This document shows positions 15,743 to 24,791 of a DNA stretch of 32,000 nucleotides, in pieces. Numbering within the stretch: position 1 is the first letter of the stretch; every line of letters begins with the position of its first letter. A program made the position numbers and the translations under genes. The notes under the pieces are model-generated. The model was not told the DNA's origin, did no database searches, and saw only the letters and a list, made by a program, of their open reading frames with translations. Source of the stretch: an uncultured Candidatus Saccharimonas sp. (lineage in GTDB: Bacteria; Patescibacteriota; Saccharimonadia; Saccharimonadales; Saccharimonadaceae); NCBI GenBank assembly GCA_963528875.1, contig CAURWT010000002.1, positions 191,680 through 223,679 on the forward strand, in the 5' to 3' direction.

Positions 15743-16278
15743 GATTCAATTTCCTCCATAATACGGTCATGGACTTGACCAACCGTACCAGTTCCATCGA
15801 TGTGGGCAATTCTTACGCCGTTTTCATTAAAATAATTCAAAACTGGATACATTTCTTGCCGATAAATTCGAAGGCGCTCGTCGATAACTTCTGGAGTATC
15901 ATCAAGTCGGCCACGAATTTCAAGCCGACGCATCAATTCACTTCGTGGAACTTCCAGAACAATCACTAAATCAACATTTCGACCATGATTTTGCTTATTT
16001 TCAATCAGCCATTTCGCCTGAGCAAGCTGGCGTGGATATCCATCAAGAATAACCTGTTTAACATTTTTACTGTTTGCACGATCAAGAGCCTCACCCATAA
16101 CGCGATTAACAATTTCTGGGTCGACTAGTTTTCCCGTACTCATTCGCGCAAGAAGTTCAGGATCTTTACTATCACGCAAAAGCTGACCAGCGCCAAGCCA
16201 GCGCCAATCATTTCGCGCAGCTAATAAATTGCCTTGAACACTTTTACCAGCACCTGCTGGACCAAAAAATACAATCAT
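15730..16278 (-). CDS. adk: Adenylate kinase (short form without a zinc lid)
   Basis: The P-loop is FFGPAGAGKSVQG. DGYPR is present. The 182-aa gene sits in the usual adk-map order. Confidence 0.88.
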   Translation of the reverse strand: MIVFFGPAGAGKSVQGNLLAARNDWRWLGAGQLLRDSKDPELLARMSTGKLVDPEIVNRVMGEALDRANSKNVKQVILDGYPRQLAQAKWLIENKQNHGRNVDLVIVLEVPRSELMRRLEIRGRLDDTPEVIDERLRIYRQEMYPVLNYFNENGVRIAHIDGTGTVGQVHDRIMEEIESCGI

Positions 16279-16316
16279 TAAATTCCTTTTGTTTTTAAAA
16301 TTATATACTTTTACAT

Positions 16317-16325
16317 TATAGCATA
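16317..16325 (-). promoter_or_regulatory. Extended -10 promoter for adk-map-CDF
   Basis: On the minus strand: TGCTATAAT, about 40 nt upstream of the adk ATG, which has an AAAGGA SD. Confidence 0.5.
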
Positions 16326-16465
16326 AAAAGTTAAAAGTTAGAAATCTTGGCTAAATTAAGTAATATTTTAATTATTCTGTTATAGAGCTGGTATTTTAAG
16401 AAGCTAAACCTATATTTTTATAACATTATTATAAAATGAAATCACATTACGATCGCAATAATTAC

Positions 16466-16903
16466 TTACGAAAGTTCCTCTTTCACGATTTTCGCCAAAA
16501 CCGCACCATCAGCAGAATTACCAAATTTTGCTTTCATTTTGCCAATAATTGTTCCCATTTGCTTGATTGAAACTTCACCCATTGTTAAAATTTCAGCTTT
16601 CACAGCTGCGCGGATTTCATCTTCGCTCGCCATTTCTGGCAAATATTTCGAAAGAATTTCAGCTTCTTTTAATTCATTTTTAGCACGTTCGGCATCTAGT
16701 AAATTCGCAGCTTCTTTGCGTTTTTTTACTTCTCGCACAACCAAAGTTTCAATTTCAGCATCATTTAAGCCTTCTTCACGCTTACCAAGTTTTACTTCTT
16801 CGTCCAAAATTGAAGCTTTCAAGCCTCGCAAAACTGTAGTTTCGAAAGCATTTCGGGCAAGCATTGCTGTTTTTAAATCAGCATTAATTTGTTCTTTTAA
16901 CAT
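16466..16903 (-). CDS. yqeY: GatB/YqeY domain protein
   Basis: 145 aa. The N-terminus MLKEQINADLKTAMLARN... and ..SKYLP... are typical of YqeY. A GGAGG SD is present. Confidence 0.85.
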   Translation of the reverse strand: MLKEQINADLKTAMLARNAFETTVLRGLKASILDEEVKLGKREEGLNDAEIETLVVREVKKRKEAANLLDAERAKNELKEAEILSKYLPEMASEDEIRAAVKAEILTMGEVSIKQMGTIIGKMKAKFGNSADGAVLAKIVKEELS

Positions 16904-16913
16904 TTTCCTCCTT

Positions 16914-16942
16914 TAAAAATAAAATCCAGCCTTTCGACTGGA
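16914..16942 (-). terminator. rpsU terminator
   Basis: On the minus strand: UCCAG-UCGAAAGG-CUGGA followed by UUUUAUUUUU. Confidence 0.6.
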
Positions 16943-16952
16943 ATTTATGTTT

Positions 16953-17171
16953 TTAGCGAATACCAAGTCGCATTTTTTGTGCTTTTTCAGCACGGCGTTG
17001 ATTTCGAACGATTGCTTTTTTGCGTCGTTCAACCTTACTTAGAGGCTTCGAAAATCGCATCGACGCTTTAGCTTCGCTCAAAACTCCACTTTGTAGAACT
17101 TTTCGATTAAAGCGACGAATAATATTTTCGTTAGCTTCTTTCTGGTCTTTCCTTGTTACACTAATACTCAT
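16953..17171 (-). CDS. rpsU: 30S ribosomal protein S21
   Basis: The ORF track gives 16953..17210. The start at ATG 17171 (MSISVTRKDQKEANENIIRRFNRKV...) gives the usual length of about 72 aa. The promoter is TTGCTT-17nt-TGgTAAAAT (-10 at 17187-17182), 10 nt upstream of that ATG. Confidence 0.85.
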   Translation of the reverse strand: MSISVTRKDQKEANENIIRRFNRKVLQSGVLSEAKASMRFSKPLSKVERRKKAIVRNQRRAEKAQKMRLGIR

Positions 17172-17252
17172 ACTGATTACTATTTTACCAAAGTTTTTTA
17201 AAAAAAGCAAGTAGAAAATAAAATTGCTTAATTTTGGACGATTTTATTAAAA

Positions 17253-18302
17253 TTATTTTAATTTTGCTTGCTCTCGATAAAAATCAATCCAAATTTTTAA
17301 CAGCCTGTCTTCTGAATAATACTCTGAAATTTCTTTCGACTTCGCTTTAAATTCTTTTAATTTTTCTGGATTTTTCGAAATATCTTTAATTACTTCATTC
17401 ATCTCTTCGAAATCTTTGCCACAAAGATATTTTCCTTCAAGAATATTTTTATACAAATCCAAATCTCGTAGCATTATTGGCGCCCCGCAACTAGCCGCTT
17501 CCAAAATAGACATTGGGAAAAGCTCCGCATAACTTGGCAGAAGAAACAAATCACAACTTGCATAAAACTTTCGAATTTCTTCGCGCGGAACAATTCCTAA
17601 AAATTTCAAATTTTTTGGTGGATTTTCAACTATTTTTTTGTAACGCTCATAGCCGCTGGTAATTTTTCCGAACGAAAAACCGCCAGCCCAAACAAATTTA
17701 ACATCGGGATTATTTTCTGCTAATTTTACGAAATCATCAATGCCTTTCCGCTGCTGAACTTGACCAACTCCAAAAACCACAATATCATTTTTTTTCCAGC
17801 CTTGTATTTTTCGAAATTCCTCTCGCTCTTCCTCATTCAAAGGTGACCATTTGTCTTTTGCAACGAAATTCGGAATATAAGTTATTTTTTCTCGGTCGAT
17901 ACCAATTTTAACTAATTCTTCTTTAAAATCTGGATTAACCACCACTAAATGATCCATTTTATCATAAAATTTGATCAGATATTTTTTTACAATTTTTTCA
18001 GCAATTGCTGGCATATCTAAACTACCATCAAGAGTGTCAGGAATTAAGTGAACATAGCCAATTCTGCGGCCGGTATATTTTTTAAACTGTGCAGCTAAAT
18101 AAAAATGCGGGTCAATAGTGTGAAAATGCGTAATATCTGGATTTTTCGCACGAAGTGTTTTAGTAATTTTTAACTCGCTCTTTGCTCGATTTTCAAGAAG
18201 ATTCATTAGCTCAACATAAGCACCACCAACACCTTGGCCAGCAACCTTATCCGCAGAACTCATCATATTCACATGGATTTTATTCATAGGCCAATTATAC
18301 AC
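17253..18302 (-). CDS. Glycosyltransferase, family 4 (GT-B fold)
   Basis: 349 aa. The C-terminal motif SYAELFPMSILEAASCGAPIM is the EX7E-type GT4 signature. Confidence 0.8.
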   Translation of the reverse strand: MYNWPMNKIHVNMMSSADKVAGQGVGGAYVELMNLLENRAKSELKITKTLRAKNPDITHFHTIDPHFYLAAQFKKYTGRRIGYVHLIPDTLDGSLDMPAIAEKIVKKYLIKFYDKMDHLVVVNPDFKEELVKIGIDREKITYIPNFVAKDKWSPLNEEEREEFRKIQGWKKNDIVVFGVGQVQQRKGIDDFVKLAENNPDVKFVWAGGFSFGKITSGYERYKKIVENPPKNLKFLGIVPREEIRKFYASCDLFLLPSYAELFPMSILEAASCGAPIMLRDLDLYKNILEGKYLCGKDFEEMNEVIKDISKNPEKLKEFKAKSKEISEYYSEDRLLKIWIDFYREQAKLK

Positions 18303-19929
18303 GCTTTCTCTCTAAATGTAAAATCTGCCCTTCAACACTTTTTTGCCCTTGCCATTCGTTCAGGCCAAGTGAAAAAACCACGTCAATTTCTTCGCCGATT
18401 TCCGCAAAAAATTCTTCTGGCGCATTAAATTTTAACATTTTAATTTCATTCTCGCCATCTGTTAAAGTTAGCTTTAAATGCTGTTTTTTATCGCCCATTT
18501 CTTGCCGAGCTATAACTCGTGCGTTTTTAATTTCGAAAGTTGGCTCTTCATTTCCCTTTCCAAAAGGCTCAAGCGCTGTAATCTTTTCGAAAAGATCTAA
18601 CGAAATTAGTGAAAAGTCTTCAAGCTGAATATCCACTTTTGGCAAAAGATATTTGAGTTGATCTTTAAGATTGAGCGAATCATAAAAATCATTCACGCTT
18701 TTTCGAAAATCATTAATTTTCGAGGTCGGCAGAGTCACACCGGCTGCGGCATCATGACCACCGCCCTTAATAATGATTTTGCGCGCTTTATCAACGGCTT
18801 GACTCGCCGAGAACCCACCGAAGCTTCGCGCCGATCCTTTTGCAATCTCACCCTCAATTGAAATTACAAAAACTGGTTTTTTAAAGCGTTCAAGCAAACC
18901 ACTTGCCACAATCCCAATAATTCCATCGTTAAAACTTTCATCCGCTAAAACTAAAACTTTATCATTTTCGAAATCCTTAGCTTTTTGGATTGCAATTTCG
19001 AGCGCTTCATGTTGAATTTTACGGCGTTTTTTATTTAAATCATCAAGATTTTTAGCTTTTTCGAAAGCCACGAAAGCATCGTTTTCAAGCATTAAATCCA
19101 GAGCCTTTTCAGCCGTTTCAAGCCGGCCAGCCGAATTGATTCGCGGGCCAATAATAAAACCAAGTGTCGAACTTTTTGGCTCTTTCACGCCAGCTAGTGC
19201 AAGTATCGATTTCAAACCAGCTCGGCGAGTTTTCGAAAGGACTTTTAGCCCCCAAAAAATATTTTGGCGATTTTCGATAGTTTGCTCCATAATATCACAA
19301 ACCGTACCAAGCGCTACCATATCAAGAAACCATTTTTCTTGGCCAAGAGGCAAACCATCAAGTTTGGTTTGTAAAGCTTGAACCAATTTAAAAGCCACAC
19401 CAACACCTGCGAATTTCTCAGCCTGCGGATATTTGTTTTCTTTTCGGCGCGGATTCACAACCGCCACCGCATTCGGCTGCACTTCAGCGATATTATGATG
19501 ATCAGTGACAATTGTATCAATCCCAAATCCTTTTGCAAAATCAATTTCAGCATGGTTTAAACTTCCGCAGTCAACTGTTAAAATTAGATTTGTTCCGCGT
19601 TCTGCTAAAATTTTAACGCCGCGTTCGTTCATTCCGTAGCCATCTTTAAAACGATCTGGTAAAAAATAATCTACATTCTTAAAGCCAAAACTTTCGAAAG
19701 CAGTTAAAATTACAGTTGAAGCCGAAACACCATCAACATCATAGTCACCATATACGGTAATTTTTTCTTGATTTTTATGAGCAACAAGCAATCGCTCGAC
19801 TGCTTTTTCCATATCGGGCAATAAAAAAGGATCGTGCTGGTTATCATAATCTGGGTTCAGAAAAGCCTCACGATTCTCTTTCGAAATTCCACGATTCTCT
19901 AAAATTTGTTCAAAAATTTGCTCCACCAC
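18295..19929 (-). CDS. recJ: Single-stranded-DNA-specific exonuclease RecJ
   Basis: DHH motifs are YGDYDVDGVSA, TVDCG and VTDHH. The DHHA1 motif is GGGHDAAAG. The start is GTG. Confidence 0.92.
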   Translation of the reverse strand: MVEQIFEQILENRGISKENREAFLNPDYDNQHDPFLLPDMEKAVERLLVAHKNQEKITVYGDYDVDGVSASTVILTAFESFGFKNVDYFLPDRFKDGYGMNERGVKILAERGTNLILTVDCGSLNHAEIDFAKGFGIDTIVTDHHNIAEVQPNAVAVVNPRRKENKYPQAEKFAGVGVAFKLVQALQTKLDGLPLGQEKWFLDMVALGTVCDIMEQTIENRQNIFWGLKVLSKTRRAGLKSILALAGVKEPKSSTLGFIIGPRINSAGRLETAEKALDLMLENDAFVAFEKAKNLDDLNKKRRKIQHEALEIAIQKAKDFENDKVLVLADESFNDGIIGIVASGLLERFKKPVFVISIEGEIAKGSARSFGGFSASQAVDKARKIIIKGGGHDAAAGVTLPTSKINDFRKSVNDFYDSLNLKDQLKYLLPKVDIQLEDFSLISLDLFEKITALEPFGKGNEEPTFEIKNARVIARQEMGDKKQHLKLTLTDGENEIKMLKFNAPEEFFAEIGEEIDVVFSLGLNEWQGQKSVEGQILHLERKRV

Positions 19930-19942
19930 TTTTTTAAAAAAC

Positions 19943-20263
19943 CTACCTTTTTACAGATTTTTCAATATAATTTCTAGAACGCGAAACACTATTTTGCTCA
20001 CGAACTTTCACCACAATTGATTGAAGTTCAGAAAAAAATAAAAAATTCGTATTTGCAAAATAAGTGTATGTATTCTTTTTCTTTTCTCTATACAAAAAAC
20101 CAACTTTTTCAAGCTTAGCGAGCTCACGCTGAATATTTCCTGGGTCTTCTTTTAAAAGTTTCGCAAGACCGCGAGAATGCATTTTAATTACAGGATACGT
20201 CACGAAAAACACAACAATTTTTCGCTTTACTCGTGATGTAATAAAAATGTCTAAATCTACCAT
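19943..20263 (-). CDS. Small winged-helix DNA-binding protein (hypothetical regulator)
   Basis: The ORF track gives 19943..20314. The ATG at 20263 (MVDLDIF...) has an AAAGG SD. It lies downstream of the promoter TTGCGA-17nt-TAAAAT. The segment SRGLAKLLKEDPGNIQRELAKLEKVGFL looks like a wHTH recognition region. Confidence 0.5.
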   Translation of the reverse strand: MVDLDIFITSRVKRKIVVFFVTYPVIKMHSRGLAKLLKEDPGNIQRELAKLEKVGFLYREKKKNTYTYFANTNFLFFSELQSIVVKVREQNSVSRSRNYIEKSVKR

Positions 20264-20373
20264 ATACTCGCCTTTTCGTATTTCTATTTTACAAAATTTT
20301 CGATATTTTCGCAAGGCTTATTTTAACATAAAAATATTTTATTTTTCGCTATTTTTGATGTAAAATAAAATAT

Positions 20374-22341
20374 ATGGAATTCTATTTTGAAGTTGCCCCA
20401 ACAAAAATTGTTCGCTCAAATAGCGAAGTTTTTACTTACGCTTCAAAAGATAAACTTAAAATTGGCCAGATCGTTGAAATTCCCGTTGGTAAAAAAAATA
20501 TGACTGGCATAGTTTGGCGTGAAGTTCAAAGGCCAGATTTTGAGACTCGTGAAATTACAAAAATTATAGAAAAAATAGCAATCCCTAAGCATTTAATTCA
20601 GCTTTCAAAATGGATGAAAGAATATTATGGCACTCCGCTCTCACAAGTTTTGAGTGGAATTTTACCAAATGGCGTTAATAAAAATCGGCGTTTTTCGAAA
20701 ACTGAAAAAAATAAAATAACAGATGAAAAACAAACTAGTTGTTCAAATTTTTTATACACAGCTCAACAAGAAAAAACTATCAATAAACTTGATAGAATAA
20801 ATTCAGGAACAATCCTTTTGCACGGAATTACAGGTTCTGGAAAAACTTCAATTTATATTAACCAAGCAAAAAAAACTTTACAAAATCAAAAATCGATAAT
20901 AATTTTAGTGCCAGAAATTGCCTTAACTTCACAATTAGTTTCTAATTTTGAAAAGTATTTTGAAAATATTAAGATCATTCATTCACACCAAACTGAAGCA
21001 GAACGCCACAAAACTTGGTTAAAAATTTTGCACGACGAAAACCCGCAAATTATTATTGGAGCTCGTTCTGCACTTTTTGCACCAGTTCGAAATTTAGGTT
21101 TAATTGTAATTGATGAATGCCATGAGCCAAGTTTTAAACAAGATCAAACACCAAAATATTCTGCATTACGAGCGAGCAGTTTTTTGGCTTCGAAATTTAA
21201 TTTTAAAGCAATTTTTGGTTCAGCAACGCCACTTGTTGAGGATTATTTTCTGGCAGAAATTTCAGCAAAAAACGGCGGAAATGAAATCATAAAACTAACT
21301 GAACTTGCTAAAAAAGAAGCCAAACCGCCAAAAATTGAACTAATAGATTTAACCAAAAAAGATTCAAAATCACACCGATTCTTTTCAAAAAAAATGCTTG
21401 CCGAAATGGAACAAACTTTAAATGAAAATAAACAAGTTTTAATTTATCACAACCGCCGTGGTTCAGCGAGCGTAACACTTTGTCACAACTGCGGATGGAC
21501 GGCACTTTGCCCGAATTGCCTCATCCCGCTCACTTTGCATACAGATAAATTTCAACTAGTTTGCCATATTTGTGGGTACAAAGAAAGGCCGCCAACTTCT
21601 TGCCCAGATTGCGGAGAACCAGAAATTATTCATAAAGGTATTGGCACAAAAGCAATCGAAGAAGAGATTCGCAAGCTTTTTCCAAACAAAAAAATTGCAC
21701 GGTTTGATGCTGACAGCGATAAAAATGAAACTGTCGAGAAGCTTTATCATCAAATTCGAAACGGTGAAATCGATATTATTATCGGTACACAAGTTATTGC
21801 TAAGGGTTTGGATTTGCCAAATTTAAAAACCGTCTGTGTGGTTCAGGCAGATGCTGGTTTGGCTTTGCCAGATTTTACTTCAAGTGAGCGAAATTTTCAG
21901 CTTATTTCACAAGTTATCGGGCGAGTTGGGCGACATTCAAACGAGTCAAATGTAATTATTCAAACTTATCAGCCTGAAGCCCCATCAATTCAATTTGGTT
22001 TAAAGCAAGATTACGCTGGCTTTTATGATTTCGAAATTAAAAATCGCCAAAAACAGAATTATCCACCATTTGTTTATTTACTAAAATTAACTTGCGTTTA
22101 TAAAACTGAAATTTCAGCCGTGCGAAATTCGCAGAAAGAAGCGCGCGAGATTCGCAAAAAAAAATCGAAAGATATTCAAATTTTTGGTCCAACGCCAGCT
22201 TTTTATGAGCGAATTGGCGAAACTTATCGCTGGCAAATTGTTATAAAAAGTAAAAAACGCGCACAACTTCTCACAATTGCGCGCGAATTTCAAGGCAAGC
22301 CACAGTGGCGAGTTGATTTAGATCCGCCAGGATTGATTTAA
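20374..22341 (+). CDS. priA: Primosomal protein N' (replication restart helicase PriA)
   Basis: Walker A is GITGSGKT. The DExH motif is VIDECHE. The Cys-rich zinc region is CHNCGW..CPNC..CHICG..CPDCG. Confidence 0.93.
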   Translation: MEFYFEVAPTKIVRSNSEVFTYASKDKLKIGQIVEIPVGKKNMTGIVWREVQRPDFETREITKIIEKIAIPKHLIQLSKWMKEYYGTPLSQVLSGILPNGVNKNRRFSKTEKNKITDEKQTSCSNFLYTAQQEKTINKLDRINSGTILLHGITGSGKTSIYINQAKKTLQNQKSIIILVPEIALTSQLVSNFEKYFENIKIIHSHQTEAERHKTWLKILHDENPQIIIGARSALFAPVRNLGLIVIDECHEPSFKQDQTPKYSALRASSFLASKFNFKAIFGSATPLVEDYFLAEISAKNGGNEIIKLTELAKKEAKPPKIELIDLTKKDSKSHRFFSKKMLAEMEQTLNENKQVLIYHNRRGSASVTLCHNCGWTALCPNCLIPLTLHTDKFQLVCHICGYKERPPTSCPDCGEPEIIHKGIGTKAIEEEIRKLFPNKKIARFDADSDKNETVEKLYHQIRNGEIDIIIGTQVIAKGLDLPNLKTVCVVQADAGLALPDFTSSERNFQLISQVIGRVGRHSNESNVIIQTYQPEAPSIQFGLKQDYAGFYDFEIKNRQKQNYPPFVYLLKLTCVYKTEISAVRNSQKEAREIRKKKSKDIQIFGPTPAFYERIGETYRWQIVIKSKKRAQLLTIAREFQGKPQWRVDLDPPGLI

Positions 22342-22686
22342 TTATCTTTTTTTCGAAGTGTTAAAAATATAATTCTTTAGATAGTATAAAATAGCTTCTC
22401 TTGCTTCATCTTTTGTAATTTTACCAGATTTTACCTTTTCAATATCTTCAAGCATAAAGCCAGTTAGCTCACCAAATTCCACCACGCTGGGCGAAAATTT
22501 ATTATCAGAACTAGAAAATCCTCGGCCTTCAGAAATCATTCGTCCGCAATAATCTTTCGCAAGATATTCTATACCTTCGTAGTTATCCGTTTCAAAAAAT
22601 ATCAACGCAAGATAAATCAACGGTGAAAACATTTCCCTGTCATTTTTTGGTTTTATTAGATCTAAAAAATCTGTAATTTCTTTCAT
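22342..22686 (-). CDS. Hypothetical protein (114 aa)
   Basis: The ORF carries no motif I recognise. Its stop abuts the priA stop with zero spacing. It is the last gene of a three-gene minus-strand cluster. Confidence 0.4.
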   Translation of the reverse strand: MKEITDFLDLIKPKNDREMFSPLIYLALIFFETDNYEGIEYLAKDYCGRMISEGRGFSSSDNKFSPSVVEFGELTGFMLEDIEKVKSGKITKDEAREAILYYLKNYIFNTSKKR

Positions 22687-22718
22687 GAAATGACTTCTTA
22701 TACTTTAAAGAGCAAAGA

Positions 22719-22991
22719 TTAATCCATCTCCGCTAAAATAATCCAACCGTCAGAAGATAGAGTTCCGATATCGCCACTATTAGTTTTTATATATCTTTTA
22801 AATTCTTTGCCATATTCCGATATTTTTTTCGGGTAAAATGTTTTTATTTCATTATCACTAAAATAATCAGTAATGATTAAAGCATATTTTTCAAAAAAAT
22901 ATATACTTTGATCGAGTATATCTCTGTCAAAATACCTATCTATCACAGGGCCTAACTCTATGTCAAACTCCTTTTCTATATTTGCAGTCAT
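22719..22991 (-). CDS. Hypothetical protein (90 aa, acidic)
   Basis: ORF only, with no recognisable motif. Confidence 0.4.
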   Translation of the reverse strand: MTANIEKEFDIELGPVIDRYFDRDILDQSIYFFEKYALIITDYFSDNEIKTFYPKKISEYGKEFKRYIKTNSGDIGTLSSDGWIILAEMD

Positions 22992-23069
22992 TTCGTCTAT
23001 ATTTACCTCCCTAGTAAAACACTAATCGAAACTTCTACTCCTAATTGTAGTGTGCATATACGTATGTTG

Positions 23070-23849
23070 TCAAGAGTTTTTTAAAATATCTAGATTTATC
23101 GTTTCTTTTCGCTGGTTGAAACGAATTATAACTTTTGACTTTTCAAAATATTCGCTCTTTACTGTTTTCGAAAAATCTTCACGCAAAAAATCTGAAATTT
23201 CATCCAAAATCCGCTCGTCGAAATCACGTAAAATATCACGGTGCGAATAAGTTCCAATTGAAAAATATCCCGTTAGAGAATTCTTGAAATCCTGATTTTT
23301 AAAGTGATAAAAACCAAAGCTAAAACCAATGAATCGCGAAAGATTTTCAAGCAAAAAATCGTGAGTTTTAGCATTTTCAGATTCAACCGAAATTCGCAAA
23401 ATATCGCGCCGATTTCTCGGCTTCGAAAGATATTGCGAAGAAAATGCACTCGTTTCGTGAGGTTTAAATCTTAAAATTGGCTTTTCGAAAAAATATTTCG
23501 AAGCATGAATTTCATTCAACATTTTGCGAATTTTACTCAAGTCAAAATCATCACCAAATCGCCAAGATTGCTCTTCTGCAAAAATTTGATTAGCGTATTT
23601 TTCAATTTCCCAATCTTCAATCTGCAAGTTTTGATCCATAAATTTTTCAAATTCTGAATATATATTTTCATTTTTCGACTTTAAAGATATTTCAGTAATT
23701 CCGCTATTATGCCAAGTTAAGCCTAATACCGAATAGTCCTTAAAATAAACCCATCCTCCTTCATGCATTCTTCGCCAGAATTCATCCACGATAATGTGTT
23801 CATATAAATGCAGAACTTCCCAATATTTATAAGATTTATATATATTCAA
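23070..23849 (-). CDS. Hypothetical protein with an N-terminal HxxEH motif (possible minimal M16/insulinase-like fold)
   Basis: The start is TTG, with a GAAAGG SD 6 nt upstream. The motif LHLYEHII occupies residues 13-20. A Glu pair (AEEQ) lies about 75 residues downstream, which matches the HxxEH...E spacing of M16 peptidases. The assignment is weak. Confidence 0.45.
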   Translation of the reverse strand: MNIYKSYKYWEVLHLYEHIIVDEFWRRMHEGGWVYFKDYSVLGLTWHNSGITEISLKSKNENIYSEFEKFMDQNLQIEDWEIEKYANQIFAEEQSWRFGDDFDLSKIRKMLNEIHASKYFFEKPILRFKPHETSAFSSQYLSKPRNRRDILRISVESENAKTHDFLLENLSRFIGFSFGFYHFKNQDFKNSLTGYFSIGTYSHRDILRDFDERILDEISDFLREDFSKTVKSEYFEKSKVIIRFNQRKETINLDILKNS

Positions 23850-23861
23850 AATTAACCTTTC

Positions 23862-23893
23862 TCTTTAAAATAAAAACGAGCTATATAGCTCGT
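23862..23893 (-). terminator. Rho-independent terminator or attenuator upstream of the 259-aa gene
   Basis: A perfect 18-nt palindrome ACGAGCTATATAGCTCGT (23876-23893), followed on the minus strand by TTTTTATTTT. Confidence 0.7.
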
Positions 23894-23903
23894 TAACCTT
23901 GAG

Positions 23904-24060
23904 ACTACTTTCTTCGAGTATTAGACCTAATACCTTCTGAAATATGCTTATTAGTCCCTTTAAACTTCTTATAGGAACCATCGCTGCGAGTATTGGTTTT
24001 CTTTTTATGTGATTTTGATTGAAAAATCCAACCACTCTTGTCACACTTCTTATCAGCTAT
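23904..24060 (-). CDS. Candidate small basic protein (about 52 aa) with no canonical start codon
   Basis: Not in the ORF track. On the minus strand, the SD AAGAGGTGG is followed by an open frame: ATA GCT GAT AAG AAG TGT ... CGA AGA AAG TAG. The translation is IADKKCDKSGWIFQSKSHKKKTNTRSDGSYKKFKGTNKHISEGIRSNTRRK. The hairpin terminator follows directly. A possible promoter TTGATT-17nt-TAGGAT lies near 24134-24162. Confidence 0.35.
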
Positions 24061-24192
24061 ATAACCACCTCTTTCTCAAGTGCGGAGCGTTCTTAGCTCA
24101 TTCGAAATATTTGTCATTTTAAATATCTGGTTTTAATCCTATCATAATTAAATCTAAAAATCAATGATTTTATAGCTTTTTTACCCTAAAAA

Positions 24193-24201
24193 TGGTATAA
24201 T
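24193..24201 (+). promoter_or_regulatory. Extended -10 promoter of def-fmt (leaderless or near-leaderless)
   Basis: TGGTATAAT lies 8 nt upstream of the def ATG (24210). No SD is present. Confidence 0.55.
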
Positions 24202-24209
24202 AAAAAATA

Positions 24210-24791
24210 ATGAAAAAAGAAGATATCATAACCTTACCTAACCAAAATTTACGCAAAAAATGCGAACGCGTTCATGTTATTACAGATGAAGTTCACCAAA
24301 TTGTGCAAGATATGATTGATGCCAGCCTCGACTGGGAAGAGGCACACCCGCACGAAATTTCAGCCGCAATTGCTGCGCCACAAATTAACAAACTTTGCAA
24401 AATCATTATTGTTCGAAGTGATTTAGATGACAAAAATAACAAGGAATTTACCGCTTTAATCAACCCTGAAATTACAAAATTCGAAGGAAAAACTGTTGAA
24501 GATTTCGAAGGCTGCCTTTCAATTAAAGGAATTTATGGTAAAGTTCCGCGAGCTTCAAAAATTCGCGTTAAAGCGCTTGATATTTATGGAAATGAAGTTC
24601 GAATTAAGGCTGAAGATTTTCTTGCTCGCGTCCTCCAGCATGAAATTGACCACACAAACGGCGTTCTCTTTATCGACCATATTCGCGACAAAAAAGACGC
24701 GTTTTATCGTTTAGATAAAGATGGTGAATTACAACCACTAAACTACGAGAAAGACATCAAAAATAACTCTAATTTATGGGAGGATTTATAG
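24210..24791 (+). CDS. def: Peptide deformylase
   Basis: The motifs EGCLS and HEIDH are present. The protein is 193 aa. Confidence 0.93.
   Translation: MKKEDIITLPNQNLRKKCERVHVITDEVHQIVQDMIDASLDWEEAHPHEISAAIAAPQINKLCKIIIVRSDLDDKNNKEFTALINPEITKFEGKTVEDFEGCLSIKGIYGKVPRASKIRVKALDIYGNEVRIKAEDFLARVLQHEIDHTNGVLFIDHIRDKKDAFYRLDKDGELQPLNYEKDIKNNSNLWEDL

Noticed and set aside
16378-16392. The string gttatagagctgg, resembling the 5' end of the CRISPR repeat, in the yqeY-adk intergenic region
   Set aside because: Only the first 7 nt match. There is no second copy and no spacer periodicity. It is a chance match in AT-rich DNA.
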